Of a stretch of 64,000 bases of DNA, positions 19,531 to 34,623 are shown piece by piece. Each line of letters opens with the position of its first letter. Position 1 is the first letter of the stretch. A program made the position numbers and the translations under genes. This stretch comes from Eledone cirrhosa (lineage: Eukaryota), in contig OZ024741.1 in assembly GCA_964016885.1 (NCBI GenBank), positions 307,520,001-307,584,000 of the forward strand, given 5' to 3'. The notes below the pieces were generated by a model. It saw nothing but the letters and a program-made list of their open reading frames with translations, was not told the origin of the DNA and ran no database searches.

Positions 19531-20164
19531 GTATGTATGTATGTATGTATGTATGTATGTATGTATGTATGTATGTATGTATGTATGTATGTATGTATGT
19601 ATGTATGTATGCACGTATGTACGTTTGAAATAGACTATTTATGCGAGAGAAATTGTTCTCTATATATAGCGAGGCTATAAAAAGATTCCTCTGTAGACAA
19701 TGATTTCAGGGAAGAGCATGTATATTAGGAGTCAATGATGAGGAAAAGATAGATTCCTGTATCTACCAATGATACATTGCTTTTGTTATTATTATTGTGC
19801 ATTGGCAAGGTCCTTAAAGAGTATGACAAATGCTCAGCAGTAATTGTTCTGGCTTTTAAAGTTCGGATTCAAATATCACCGAGGTTAACCTTAGAGTTAA
19901 TCTTTTCGAAATCGATAAAATAAAGGACCAATTAGCTACTGATGCCGATATAATTGACTCACCTGACCAGCTAAAAAATTGCTGGCCTTATTCCAAAATA
20001 TAAAAAAAAGTATTGTTGTTCGTATTTTTTTTTATCATGAATGTTTTTTCGATATGGAGTGATGGAGAAGTCGAAGAGGTGGGGCCTAGTTGAGAGGTTC
20101 AGAGTATATTTCATGTTCTTTTTAAGTTAAAAAGGTATTTAGAATTGTTATTGTTGTTGCTAAA

Positions 20165-20367
20165 GCCGATGGATTGGCAGTATCAGTAGAGTGTGAGACA
20201 GCAGGCCCTTCACGTTCTGAGTTCAAATGCCACCGAAGTTAACTTTGCCTTTCATCCTTACGAGGTCGATAAAATCAAATACCAGTAATGCACTGGGGTC
20301 GATTTAATCGACTTTCCTCTCCCCCAAAATTGCTGGCCTTGTGCCTATAGTAGAAGCCATTATTATT
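20165..20367 (+). mobile_element. tRNA-derived SINE family 1
   Basis: B-box-like GAGTTCAAATG, central GCCTTTCATCCTTACGAGGTCGATAAAAT, (ATT)n tail. Confidence 0.8.
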
Positions 20368-20476
20368 ATTATCACACACGTACATACATACAAACACGCA
20401 TACATACACACACAATCACATATATGACGATTTCTTTTGCATGAAACAGTTCTAGAAGCCATTTCTATATTAAACT

Positions 20477-20510
<34 letters not shown>

Positions 20511-20515
<5 letters not shown>

Positions 20516-20686
20516 AAAAGTATGACCCCGACGGCTATTTCTGAATTTAGCCCAGAAATAGCCGTCGAAACGGCATGAGCTCTGCCGTCGGGGTCATACT
20601 TTTTGCTGTATTCTCACTCTACTACCCTAAGTATTGAGTACTCTGTGGCGTTATGATCCATCTGGTTCCTTACCACATTTCCTTTG

Positions 20687-20690
<4 letters not shown>
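20511..20690. mobile_element. Fold-back element in (TA)n, tail to the right
   Basis: AAAAGTATGACCCCGACGGC..GCCGTCGGGGTCATACTTTT plus tail. Confidence 0.8.
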
Positions 20691-20730
<40 letters not shown>

Positions 20731-21022
20731 GTGCAAAAGGTTCAGTAAGTACTAAGAAAACTGGTGTGAGTACCAATGTAAGCACTCGATATGATTTTTG
20801 TTGTGTTAACACTAGTCTAAGGATCAGGGAGACTGGGAGTCAGGTCTGGGATGATGACCCCTGATAACCCCCATATCATGAGCCGGCTGCCTGGGAAACA
20901 TTTGTAACTGGGTTAAACAATAAATCTCATATGTAACACCTCTACTATATATTTAATATAAAAATGGCTTCAACAGGACTAGAACTATTTCATTCGGGAG
21001 AAATACCCGGGCTAAACTTATG

Positions 21023-21310
<288 letters not shown>

Positions 21311-21312
21311 CC

Positions 21313-21356
<44 letters not shown>

Positions 21357-21389
21357 TTATATATATATATAGATTTATATATATAGATT

Positions 21390-21438
<49 letters not shown>

Positions 21439-21467
21439 CTATATATATATATATATATATATATAAA

Positions 21468-21511
<44 letters not shown>

Positions 21512-21513
21512 TT

Positions 21514-21549
<36 letters not shown>

Positions 21550-21562
21550 AATCTCTCTCTCT

Positions 21563-21641
<79 letters not shown>

Positions 21642-21787
21642 GGTGAAATGCGCATAATAAAATACATGGAACTCCTTTAACCATCTTTTGATCTTATATA
21701 TTATATATACTCCAGTCCTACAAACTGTAGAGTGCTTCTTATCCGATATCTGCATTGCTTTATTGTACTACAATAAAACTCACCTCC

Positions 21788-21820
<33 letters not shown>

Positions 21821-21864
21821 CCAATTGGATGCGAGAGTGTCCTATGACGCCGAAATTCGTTTGC

Positions 21865-22205
21865 TCTAACTCATATGATTCCAGTTCCTCAGAGAAATAA
21901 TAACACAACCAGGAGCTGGATATATCGATGGATTGACGGAGTAAAACACAGTTCAACATCATGTGTACGTGTCTTTCCCACACCAATTCGGACTGCCTGA
22001 AGAGGTCACAGCCAATGATAGCTGTCACCGAAATATATATAGCAGTATATCTATAATTTGTGATAAACGAAGCTAAATTTTACCTATTTGACTAAATTAT
22101 TTTACATTACTCCGGAGTAAATAAACCAACCTGCGTACTTCGTCGAGTACGCAGGTGCTCCAATCTGCATACTGAGGTGTCGGTAAACAACCCACCATAT
22201 ACTCA
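21865..22205 (+). mobile_element. ~330-bp hammerhead-bearing non-coding repeat (PLE pLTR/retrozyme-like), copy 1
   Basis: Direct copy at 28648-28975; both copies end in (TA)n. Confidence 0.75.
21992..22046 (+). ncRNA. Type I hammerhead ribozyme
   Basis: ACTGC CTGAAGA GGTcACAGC..GCTGTcACC GAAA T ATAT ATA GCAGT; perfect stem I, AUA triplet. Confidence 0.85.
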
Positions 22206-22234
22206 ATATATATATATATATATATATATATTGA

Positions 22235-22264
<30 letters not shown>

Positions 22265-22269
<5 letters not shown>

Positions 22270-22340
22270 AACGAGTAGGACCCCGACGGCTGAGCTCAAG
22301 CAGTTTCGACTGCTAATTCTGGACTGAATTAGCCGTCGAA
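22265..22340. mobile_element. Fold-back family partial copy
   Basis: TAGGAACGAGTAGGACCCCGACGGCTGAGCTCAAGCAGTTTCGACTGCTAATTC. Confidence 0.75.
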
Positions 22341-22351
22341 TTAGACCAGAA

Positions 22352-22566
22352 CGATCGACTTTCGTCAAATCGGACCGAGGGAACAATGTTTCCGTTGGTC
22401 TTTCCAATTGCTAATACTATCTATCGGTCGCAACTCCCGGTAGAAGGAGCAACGTGAAATAAAGTGTCTTGCTCAAGGACATAACGCATCACCTGGTCCA
22501 GGAATCGAACTCACAACCTTACGATTGCGAATCCAATTCTCTAACCACTCAGCCACACGCCTTCAC
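22352..22566 (-). mobile_element. tRNA-derived SINE family 2, near full length
   Basis: The minus strand has A box GTGGCTGAGTGG, B box GAGTTCGATTCC and the CORE-like motif. Confidence 0.8.
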
Positions 22567-22724
<158 letters not shown>

Positions 22725-22729
22725 TATAT

Positions 22730-22860
<131 letters not shown>

Positions 22861-22972
22861 TACATATATATATATACATACATATATATATATATATATA
22901 TAAACAAGATTTAGTAAATAATGAAAAAGTTTCAAAATAAATTTAAAAAAATTGACTTTACCTACTATAGTT

Positions 22973-23055
22973 ACCTTTACCGATCGGTTTCGAATCCCCA
23001 AAATAAACGGAGACCATACGGCCTTCGTTGCAAAGAAAGATTCTCGTCAGAAGGT
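22973..23055 (-). ncRNA. Type I hammerhead ribozyme
   Basis: ACCTT CTGACGA GAATC..GATTC GAAAC CGATCG GTA AAGGT; perfect stems I and II, palindromic stem III ACCGATCGGT. Confidence 0.88.
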
Positions 23056-23441
23056 TCTTTTTATTTTGAAACTTTTTCATTATTTACTAAACCTTGTTTA
23101 TATTTGTTCTGGCTCGTTAATTTATTAACCTACCATTGAACCACACTGGCATTTGGTTGGACAATACATGCGTACCCTAGCGCCTTGTGCGTGAAGGAAC
23201 ACATATCCTATTATATATATATATATATATATATAACGAAGAAGTGTGGTAAGGAACCAGAATATAACTGAACAAAAAGTAAAAAACGAACACAGACTTA
23301 TATATATATGTGTTCAAATCGTAATGGACCAAAGTCGCTAAGGTGAAAAAAATACTAACTACAGACAATAGCGTTTGCTGGACTCAATTTAAGAATAAAT
23401 TAAGAAAAATAAATACAAACCAGTATTGTGGTTACTACCAT

Positions 23442-23525
23442 CACCCAGACGGTCTTTGATAGATCCGTTTCGCAATATTATTTGTGAAGAGAAATACCAA
23501 ATTCCACCAGGCTCATCAGTGGGTG
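23442..23525 (-). ncRNA. Type I hammerhead ribozyme with a full monomeric stem III
   Basis: CACCCA CTGATGA GC..GC GAAA CGGaTCT atcaa AGACCG TC TGGGTG; 6-bp stem I, GUC triplet. Confidence 0.82.
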
Positions 23526-24293
23526 TTGAAATTAGTATACTCATCACTGTTACTTCTAAATCAAATAGAAAACTGAAAAGTGTGTGTATATATAACGCAC
23601 ATGGTTCCCGAACTTAGCGTGTCGTGTAGACTTACGCCACTAAAAATAGCAGCCGGGTCTACACGACATTTGAAATAGCTCTACGAATTAACTCAATACA
23701 AGCTTTTGATATATAGATATATATATATAATTATTAAAAAAATACGAAAACCAAAAAATTGTTTGCTTAAACTTTTAATCTGTACCACTAATATATATAT
23801 ATATTTATATATATAATTTATTCAACGCCCCATCACCATCACCACCACCACCAGCTACGTCTTCCTCTCACGTTTTACGTTTATTTTTTAGATTTTTAAC
23901 TAAATAGCAATACATTACGGACAACCGACGTCGATAAAATAAACCCACAAAACTCCCTCTACACTTCATCCATGCCAATCCATCAAAAACATTTTTACTG
24001 CATGGCGAGTATCTTCTCACACGCGCCCAGTCACCCACCATTTTAAATCTTCACCACCAGCCAGGCATCACTCACATCTCTATTCTCATAAACATACACA
24101 TTATACACGCTCACATAGATGCATATATATGCTCACACATACGCACGTTCAGTAAAGATGTCGCGGAAACTCTGGCTGTGCGCGTAGTTGCCACTTAAAG
24201 ATCATATGAGGACTGTCTACACATCATCATAATGAATGACGCTCGGTCGTTTCCGCCTCTGCTAACGGCTAACATCGAGACAATAATTCACAC

Positions 24294-24419
<126 letters not shown>

Positions 24420-24545
24420 CCACACACACACATACCCACCCACCCCACACGCACACATACACACTCACACATATACACACACACGCGCGCGCACGCATAC
24501 ACACACATACAGACACACACACACACTCACACACGCACACATACA

Positions 24546-24588
<43 letters not shown>

Positions 24589-25176
24589 ACACACTCACAC
24601 ATATACACACATACTCAGCTGACCAACATTTAAAACCTATTCTGCTTTCCTATACCCCACTACATATCCAATATCTCCTTCTTCACATAGACCTATTTCC
24701 CGCACCACCCCTACCGTCCTTTCCATTCTATTTTCATCTTATTAATTCCTCTTTTCAAGTAACACCCTCCTCTTTCAGTCTCTCCCCCCCCCCCTCACCC
24801 CGCCACACGAGTCTTCCCTCATTTATACTGCCTCTACAATTGAATGTTTAGTCTTTGTCTGATGACTCTGTGAGTGAGCAGGTGACATTCCAGAGTAACA
24901 AGACTCACATTTTAGCCATAATAAATGAATATATATGTATATATATTAGTTTTGAGAGTTTTTTTTATATGAAATCGTGTGTCGAAACAAATATCACAGT
25001 GTTTTAAGAAGCGGATTTGTTCTGTTGTTATTGTAGTTTTTATATAACAGAAAACAGTGTCTTTCAATAACCTTTCAGCTTGGCACAAGCTAATGCCATA
25101 ACGGCGATGAATTAGTTTTGCAAGGTTTTTGATATGAAATCGTGTGTCGAAACAAATATAGGAGGAAACATAATAG

Positions 25177-25220
25177 CACCACTGACGATGTTGCAGATGT
25201 GCAACGAAAGAACTTTGTTA
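25177..25220 (+). ncRNA. Degenerate hammerhead (family of 29312 and 45635)
   Basis: CTGACGA t GTTGC agatgt GCAAC GAAA GAA CTT. Confidence 0.55.
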
Positions 25221-25425
25221 GACTATATATATATGTGTTTGTGTCTATATTATATTTGTATTTTTGACCGTTGGTCAGTCAATGGTAACATTGAGGACCA
25301 AATAAATTAAATTAACCGATATAAAAGACACAGAAGCGAAAACCAACCAAACAGTGAGTGTGTTCTGTTATTAATTCTGGCAATATTATTACACAAATAT
25401 CACCCTCCCCAAGTATAACAATATG

Positions 25426-25468
<43 letters not shown>

Positions 25469-25589
25469 CCCGTTTTTTTCTTACGGCCTATATCTGTGTG
25501 GGTCAATTTAACTGCCTGACCTCATGCATCGGGCAGAAAGCGATATATTTACTAACTACGAGGCTTTGTGCCCTGTGGTATGGAAATAG

Positions 25590-25667
25590 ATGCTGAAGAG
25601 CTGATTCTTTCCATTGGAAATCTCTGAATTTCCAATCTTTTGATAAGCTAAACCGTCGGTCACAGCA
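25590..25667 (+). ncRNA. Degenerate hammerhead (GAAA mutated to TAAA)
   Basis: CTGAAGA GCT..ATTGGAAAT/ATTTCCAAT..AGC TAAAC CGTCG GTC. Confidence 0.45.
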
Positions 25668-25852
25668 CTAGAGCAGGTGAATATTTAAATCGTATTTTAA
25701 TTTATTTGAAAGATTGTTTAATGTTTGCTTGTTCCGCTCATTTTTATAGTTCTGGTATCTCAAATTAGTACCATTGAACAACAACTGTTATAGTTACCAT
25801 GTATATTTCCGTGGGTACTTAGTACCTACTGGAATATTTATATCATTTATAT

Positions 25853-25943
<91 letters not shown>

Positions 25944-25944
<1 letters not shown>

Positions 25945-26127
25945 ATAATTGTTTCTACTTTTGGCACAAGACCAGCAATTACTCAGTGCATTACTGGTAC
26001 TTTATTTTATCGACCCCGTAAGGATGAAAGGCAAAGTCAACCTCGGCGAGATTTGAACTCAGATCGTAAAGGGACGTAACTATGCTGGAAAGCATGGCGT
26101 CCGACCCTCTACCGATACTGCCAATCT
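25944..26127 (-). mobile_element. tRNA-derived SINE family 1
   Basis: Reverse complement of the family consensus. Confidence 0.85.
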
Positions 26128-26306
26128 GTAATAATAATAATAAATTTGAAGACTAAAATCCAAAGAGGGCTCGATAAGGATAAATATATATCAAATATAT
26201 AAGAACCCTAGAGCAAATATTTATTAAAATGACAGATTAAAGTTTAAGCAAAGAATCGCTGCTTTTGCCCTTAACAAGGGTGTGTGTGTGTGTGTGTATG
26301 TATATA

Positions 26307-26338
<32 letters not shown>

Positions 26339-26560
26339 CATACACACACACATACACACACACAAATACATTCATACATACATACGTACATATATATATC
26401 CCCACCCCCACTCTCTCTTTCTTTATATATATATATACGTACATATATATATATATGTCCCCCCCCCCCCACACACTGTCAAGCGTGAAACTAATATGAA
26501 CATTTGTACTGCCTCTTCGCTTCCACATTGCTTTTTTGTTTTTTTGTTTACTGTCTCAAC

Positions 26561-26700
<140 letters not shown>

Positions 26701-26705
26701 GTATG

Positions 26706-26737
<32 letters not shown>

Positions 26738-26743
26738 TATATA

Positions 26744-26795
26744 CAGAATTAGCCGTCGAAACGGCTTGAGCTCAGCTGTCGGGGTCTTACTGGTT

Positions 26796-26844
<49 letters not shown>

Positions 26845-26992
26845 CGAAGGAGGTGTGGTAAGGAGCCAGATGGACCATAACGCACCAGACTGCTCAATAC
26901 TTAGTGTAGTAGAGCGGGTAATAGGAAAATGTTTAACCCTGACGGCAGAGCTCAAGACGGATTCCAGAAATAGCCGTCGAAACAGCTTGAGC
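26744..26992. mobile_element. Two partial fold-back family copies separated by (TA)n
   Basis: AGCCGTCGAAACGGCTTGAGCTC motifs and the tail ACGAAGGAGGTGTGGTAAGG. Confidence 0.75.
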
Positions 26993-26994
26993 TG

Positions 26995-27410
26995 TAATGG
27001 AGTCTGTGCTGCTGTAGGGGTCTGAGACTTGGACACTGACCAGGAAACTCACTCAGATGGTGGATGGGTGCTACCCGAGAATGCTGAGGATTGCTCTGAA
27101 CATTAATCAGTATACACTGAGGATTAAAAACTCAGAGCTGTATGGGAGCATCCCAAAGGTCAGCTCAAAAGTGACACAGAGGAGACTGAGGTTAGCTGGA
27201 CATGCTCACCGACATCCAGAGTTGACATTGCACTCAGTGCTCCTGTGGGAGCCCCTACATGGACACACTAGAAGAGGAAGACCAAGGTTAACGTATGTTG
27301 ATGCCCTAAGGACAGACACTGGTATGTTGGAGACGCAGGACATGGCAGCGATAATGAGGGACAGAGACCGCTGGAGAAAACTCGTCCATGGATCTCGGGA
27401 ATTTTACCCG

Positions 27411-27413
<3 letters not shown>
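26995..27413 (+). mobile_element. RTE-clade LINE C-terminal fragment
   Basis: RMLRIALNI..NSELYG..RRLRLAGHAHR..VLLWEP..RRGRPRLTY..DRDRWR. Confidence 0.8.
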
Positions 27414-28647
<1,234 letters not shown>

Positions 28648-28975
28648 TATGATTCCAGTTCCTCAGAGAAATAACAACACAACCAGGAGCTGGACATATC
28701 GATGTATTGACAGAGTAAAACACAGTTCAACAACGTGTGTACCTGTCTTTCCCACACCAATTCGGACTGTCTGAAGAGATCACAGCCAATGGTGGCTGTC
28801 ACCGAAATATATATAGCAGTATATCTATAATTTATAATAAATGAAGCCAAATTTTATACATATTTGACTTAATTATTTTACATTACTTCGGAGTAAACAA
28901 ACCTACCTGCGTACTTCGTCCAGTGCTCCAATCTGCATACTGAGGTGTCGGTAAACAACCAACATATACTCAATA
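28648..28975 (+). mobile_element. Hammerhead-bearing repeat, copy 2 (hammerhead at 28766-28820)
   Basis: ACTGT CTGAAGA GATcACAGCC..GGCTGTcACC GAAA TATAT ATA GCAGT. Confidence 0.78.
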
Positions 28976-28976
28976 T

Positions 28977-29598
<622 letters not shown>

Positions 29599-29666
29599 TA
29601 TTTCTTTTACGTGTCCCAGCCAATGGGCTGAGGCAATCCCGAGGATCGCAATTGAAACATTGTAGC

Positions 29667-29738
29667 CTCCCCGGCGGGGAATGAGGCTCCGGTCTCCTGC
29701 CTGACAGGTGAGGATACTTACCGCCATGCTACCAGAGA
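29667..29738 (-). pseudogene. tRNA-Asp(GTC)-derived pseudogene or SINE head
   Basis: 72 nt, TCTCTGGTAGCATGGCGGTAAGTATCCTCACCTGTCAGGCAGGAGACCGGAGCCTCATTCCCCGCCGGGGAG, colinear with eukaryotic tRNA-Asp; T-loop/B box broken. Confidence 0.75.
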
Positions 29739-29750
29739 GAGAGAGAGAGA

Positions 29751-29865
<115 letters not shown>

Positions 29866-29903
29866 CAGTAAACAAACCGATTGTTAATAATATTATTATA
29901 TTA

Positions 29904-30080
29904 TTCGGTAGAGGGTCGGACGCCATGCTTTGACGCATATAGTTACGGCCCTTGCCATTCTGAGTTCAAATCCCGCCGAGGTTAACTTTGTCTTTCATCC
30001 TTACGGGGTCGAGAAAATAAAGTACCAGTAATGCACTGGGTAATTGCTGGCCTTGTGCCAAAAAAGTAGAAACAATTATT
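29904..30080 (+). mobile_element. tRNA-derived SINE family 1
   Basis: GAGTTCAAATCCC B box and family body. Confidence 0.85.
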
Positions 30081-30272
30081 CGAATATTATTCACTCGCGA
30101 TTACATTTAGCTATCCACCACGTTAAGATCGAAAACAATTTTTGATTTGTAATTTTCGGCAAAGCTGGCCGTATAATTGCTCGGTATGCAAATGAGCCTA
30201 ATCAGCCGATGTATACATTTGCCAATACTATGTATTCTCAGCAGTTCCAGTTGGTACAAGCGAGGAGAATAC

Positions 30273-30318
30273 ACAATCTTGACGAGGAACTACACACTCC
30301 GAAACAATTGTCAATTGT
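30273..30318 (+). ncRNA. Hammerhead motif with a variant core (TTGACGA)
   Basis: ACAATc TTGACGA GGA..TCC GAAAC AATT GTC aATTGT. Confidence 0.6.
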
Positions 30319-30590
30319 TAATTGTCGATTGTTTTCTCTGAGCTAACGCTGGAACAAAAGGATGACGTTGTCATCTCTTCCAAGTGGTGTTTTATGAGGC
30401 TGTTTACTTGTAAACAAACCAAATATTAATAATTGTTTCTACTTTTGGCACAAGGCCAGCAATTATATCAGTGTATTACTGGTACTTTAATTTATCGAGC
30501 CTGTGATATCATTATAATATTATCATCATTCACTCATGAATACTTATATATATATATGTATGTGTGTGTGTCTGTGTGTGTGTACGCGTT

Positions 30591-30662
<72 letters not shown>

Positions 30663-30667
<5 letters not shown>

Positions 30668-30906
30668 ATATTAAATAAATGGAAACTATATTTATAAAAC
30701 CATATTTATTTTATTATATATATTTCAAGAGTAACCAAGACAACATTGGTACGCTTTCATCAGATAAAATACAAAGTTTGTTTTATAAATAGAGACATAC
30801 CCATGAAAATCATAGCGTACCAATGTTGTCTTGGTTACCCTTGAAATATATATAATAAAATAAATATGGTTTTATAAATAAAGTTTCCATTTATTTAATA
30901 TCATTG
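30663..30906. repeat. AT-rich fold-back, ~93-bp arms, next to (TA)n
   Basis: 30663-30755 is the inverse of 30814-30906. Confidence 0.85.
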
Positions 30907-31016
30907 AATATTTACTCCAGTTATTTGTTTAGTGCTCTAAATGAGTTATAAACATTTATGTTTGTCGGACTTCCAACAAATTAAATACCACTTCTACTTA
31001 TACACACACACACACA

Positions 31017-31169
<153 letters not shown>

Positions 31170-31328
31170 GAATATACAACTATATGGAAGTACATATTCT
31201 CTGAAAACGTCTGAGGTTAGGGAGAAAGGCAAAGTCATTAGAGATGATATTTGAGAAGTGTTTATAAAGTACTTCAGTCTCATATTACAAGGAAACGGTT
31301 ATTTTTCATATTATACAGATATATATTT

Positions 31329-31434
<106 letters not shown>

Positions 31435-31693
31435 ATGTATGTATGTATATATGTATAAATGGTTAGGGCTCATGTGTTTATCCCGGCTGTGTAACTAACG
31501 ACAAATTACTGGTAAATCTCATCCCAGCTGTTGTTGACTCTACAGTTGAATTCACTATCCATCATTCAATCAAAAATAATTTCTATAATCAACCGGATAT
31601 AATACGCGCCTTTGCTAACGCAAAGTTGATTTTCGCGCACAAATCCACACGCATGCATTCTTACACATATATTTGTATATCTATCTATATATC

Positions 31694-31852
<159 letters not shown>

Positions 31853-31895
31853 CATATGTATATATTATATATATATAAATGTGTGTGTGTGTGTG

Positions 31896-31986
<91 letters not shown>

Positions 31987-32050
31987 AAAATATGGATTGA
32001 GAGGGACGAGGCTGCATGATTACTGATAACGAGTGTTAGAAAATTAAGGG

Positions 32051-32141
<91 letters not shown>

Positions 32142-32148
32142 AGACACA

Positions 32149-32230
<82 letters not shown>

Positions 32231-34185
32231 GATATATAAGAACAAAACGTGGTTTCACATTGAGGTTCATATTGATTAGGCTCAGTTACGAACGTTTCAA
32301 AGTTAATCACAAATCTAGTGAATCATCTGTGTGTTTATGTGTGTATGTCATCGTAATAAACTTCATTATTTCGTCATATCTATCTATATTGTTATTCAAC
32401 CAGCGACAAATATTAATAGTTATTCAATATTCCTTCCAATCACCACCATAAATAAAGAAAGACCATTAGACCATGTACTTCCTGATATTCAATCATATTC
32501 AACGTGTGCTTTACGCTCCTAGAGTGGATGTCACTCTCCTAAAGAGAAGTCATACTTGTGAATGACTAGGCCAAATCTTTCTCATAGAAAAGCGTAGAGA
32601 ACTATCAGTCAGAGAGAGTGAGAGAAAGAGCGTGTGTGAGAGAGAAAGAGAGAGAGAGAGAGAGAGTCAGAAAGAGAGAGAGAAGATGGAAGAGGACGAC
32701 GAGTAGGAGAGGAAGGGGGTTTTCTTGTTTTCTTGACATAATGTATGTAAAATTACCTGTTCTTCCAATTTAAAGGTAAGAATGGACCCGTAACTCTGAT
32801 GGTATCGTAGGGGAACCGTAGTGAAATACGAAGTTTCTTGGACTTTTAAAACCAGGCAGGGCTCAACCACTTTCCAGGTTTTAACAGAGGCGATTTCATC
32901 ATGAGAAGGAGAAAGAGTCACAAAGAGGAGGTAAGAAAGAGTTATGGTTGAATAATTCACTTGACTGATAATGTTTCACCTACTCAAAAGGATGAAAGGC
33001 AACGTTTAACCCGGCAAGTTTTGAACTCAGAGTCGGCAGAAAACTGTAACGAATATGGAAAAGCATTCTATCCAATGTTCTAAAGATTTTGCCTATTTTC
33101 CGCTTTACTTAAAGATAGTAGTCAGAGGATGATTTGGTGGAAATTCAGTTGGTCTTTTTGGAAGATAACCAAAGCCTGTAGTCGGTCAATCGGTGTCTCT
33201 GAAAATAAAGTTTTGGAGGTAGTTGAGTTTCGTGGCTACTTTATTCAGTTATTACTTTATTTATCGATCAAGAAAGAAGGAAGGGCTAAATTGAAGTAGG
33301 CGAGATTTGAATACAGTGTGCAAATGAGTGAGCCGGGGCGAATATCATAGAGAATTCTATCCAACTCTGGAACGACTTTAAAACATAAATAACGTAATGA
33401 CCATGAATAGAACGCTTTTGAACGCCTCTCTAATTGACCAGGGGCTAAACAGCAACAACACCAACACCAGATATTATACCACTATTTTCTCAGGGATATT
33501 TAGCTTAACACAATATATGACATGGCTGGAACTTTGAATTAGTTATACAGTCAAAATCCATTGAATGGGCTTTCATAGTGTCCGTTTAGCAAAATTTCAC
33601 TGACAAGGTTTTGGTCGACTCTAGGTTATGTTAATGGCACTTATCCAAAATGTCACGCAACAAGAATCGAACCCGGGACTTCATGACTGCAAACAAACTT
33701 CTTACCCATTTAGTTATACCAACGTCTACAGCAGACATTACAACTAAGCCGTCTCCATAAAGTGTTGTTTCACTGTTTAAAAATATCCTATGTATTTGTT
33801 TAAAGGCGACTTTATTTCATTAGTTTCCATTTTAATGGTTATTTGATCAAACCATGAAGATACCGTCTTGCGTAAACCTAATGGACGAGATATATGCTTC
33901 TGTGTACATTACGTGTGTATATAGGGAGACACGGGCTTGTATATTTGTATGTGTTTGTGTGTTGGTGTGTATGTATATGGGTCGGTGTGTATGTATATGT
34001 GTGTCTGTGAAGGAGCGTGTGTTTTCATTAATGTTGTGTGTACACGCGCAAACACTCACACATTTACGTACGTACATATGTATGCATGTACGTATGTATG
34101 TACGTATGAATGTATGTTTGTGTGTATATATGTATGTATGTATTTATGTATATATGTATGTATGAATGTACATACACACGTATAT

Positions 34186-34280
<95 letters not shown>

Positions 34281-34623
34281 CAGCTAAACAGATCATTGGG
34301 ATTGTATATATACAATATATATACAATCCCATCTTCTTCAACTTTCTCGTATCATTTGAAGGTCGCTCCTCACCTTGCGTCCTTTCTGTCTTTCTCTTTC
34401 TCTCTCCCTCTTTCTCTTACTCTCTCTACCCATCTTTCTCTCTCACTCTTCTTCTCTCTCTCTGTTTATCTCTCTCTGACTGTGTCTCTCTCTTTATGTC
34501 ATTCACCTCTCAATCATGTTTGTCCTTACGTTAAGCTCTATCTCTATACAATGTTGATGATGTTGATTATGATGATGATGAACTTCACAACAGATATTGT
34601 TATTTACTGAAGTACTTTAAACA

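Noticed and set aside
23619-23668. 12-bp inverted repeat TGTCGTGTAGAC/GTCTACACGACA
   Set aside because: Single short hairpin with no TSD and no second copy in the window.
24850-24906. CTGATGA CTCTG..CAGAG as a hammerhead
   Set aside because: No GAAA after stem II; at best a dead remnant.
29667-29738. Functional tRNA-Asp
   Set aside because: The T-loop/B box (GTTCGA) is replaced and the stems are mismatched.
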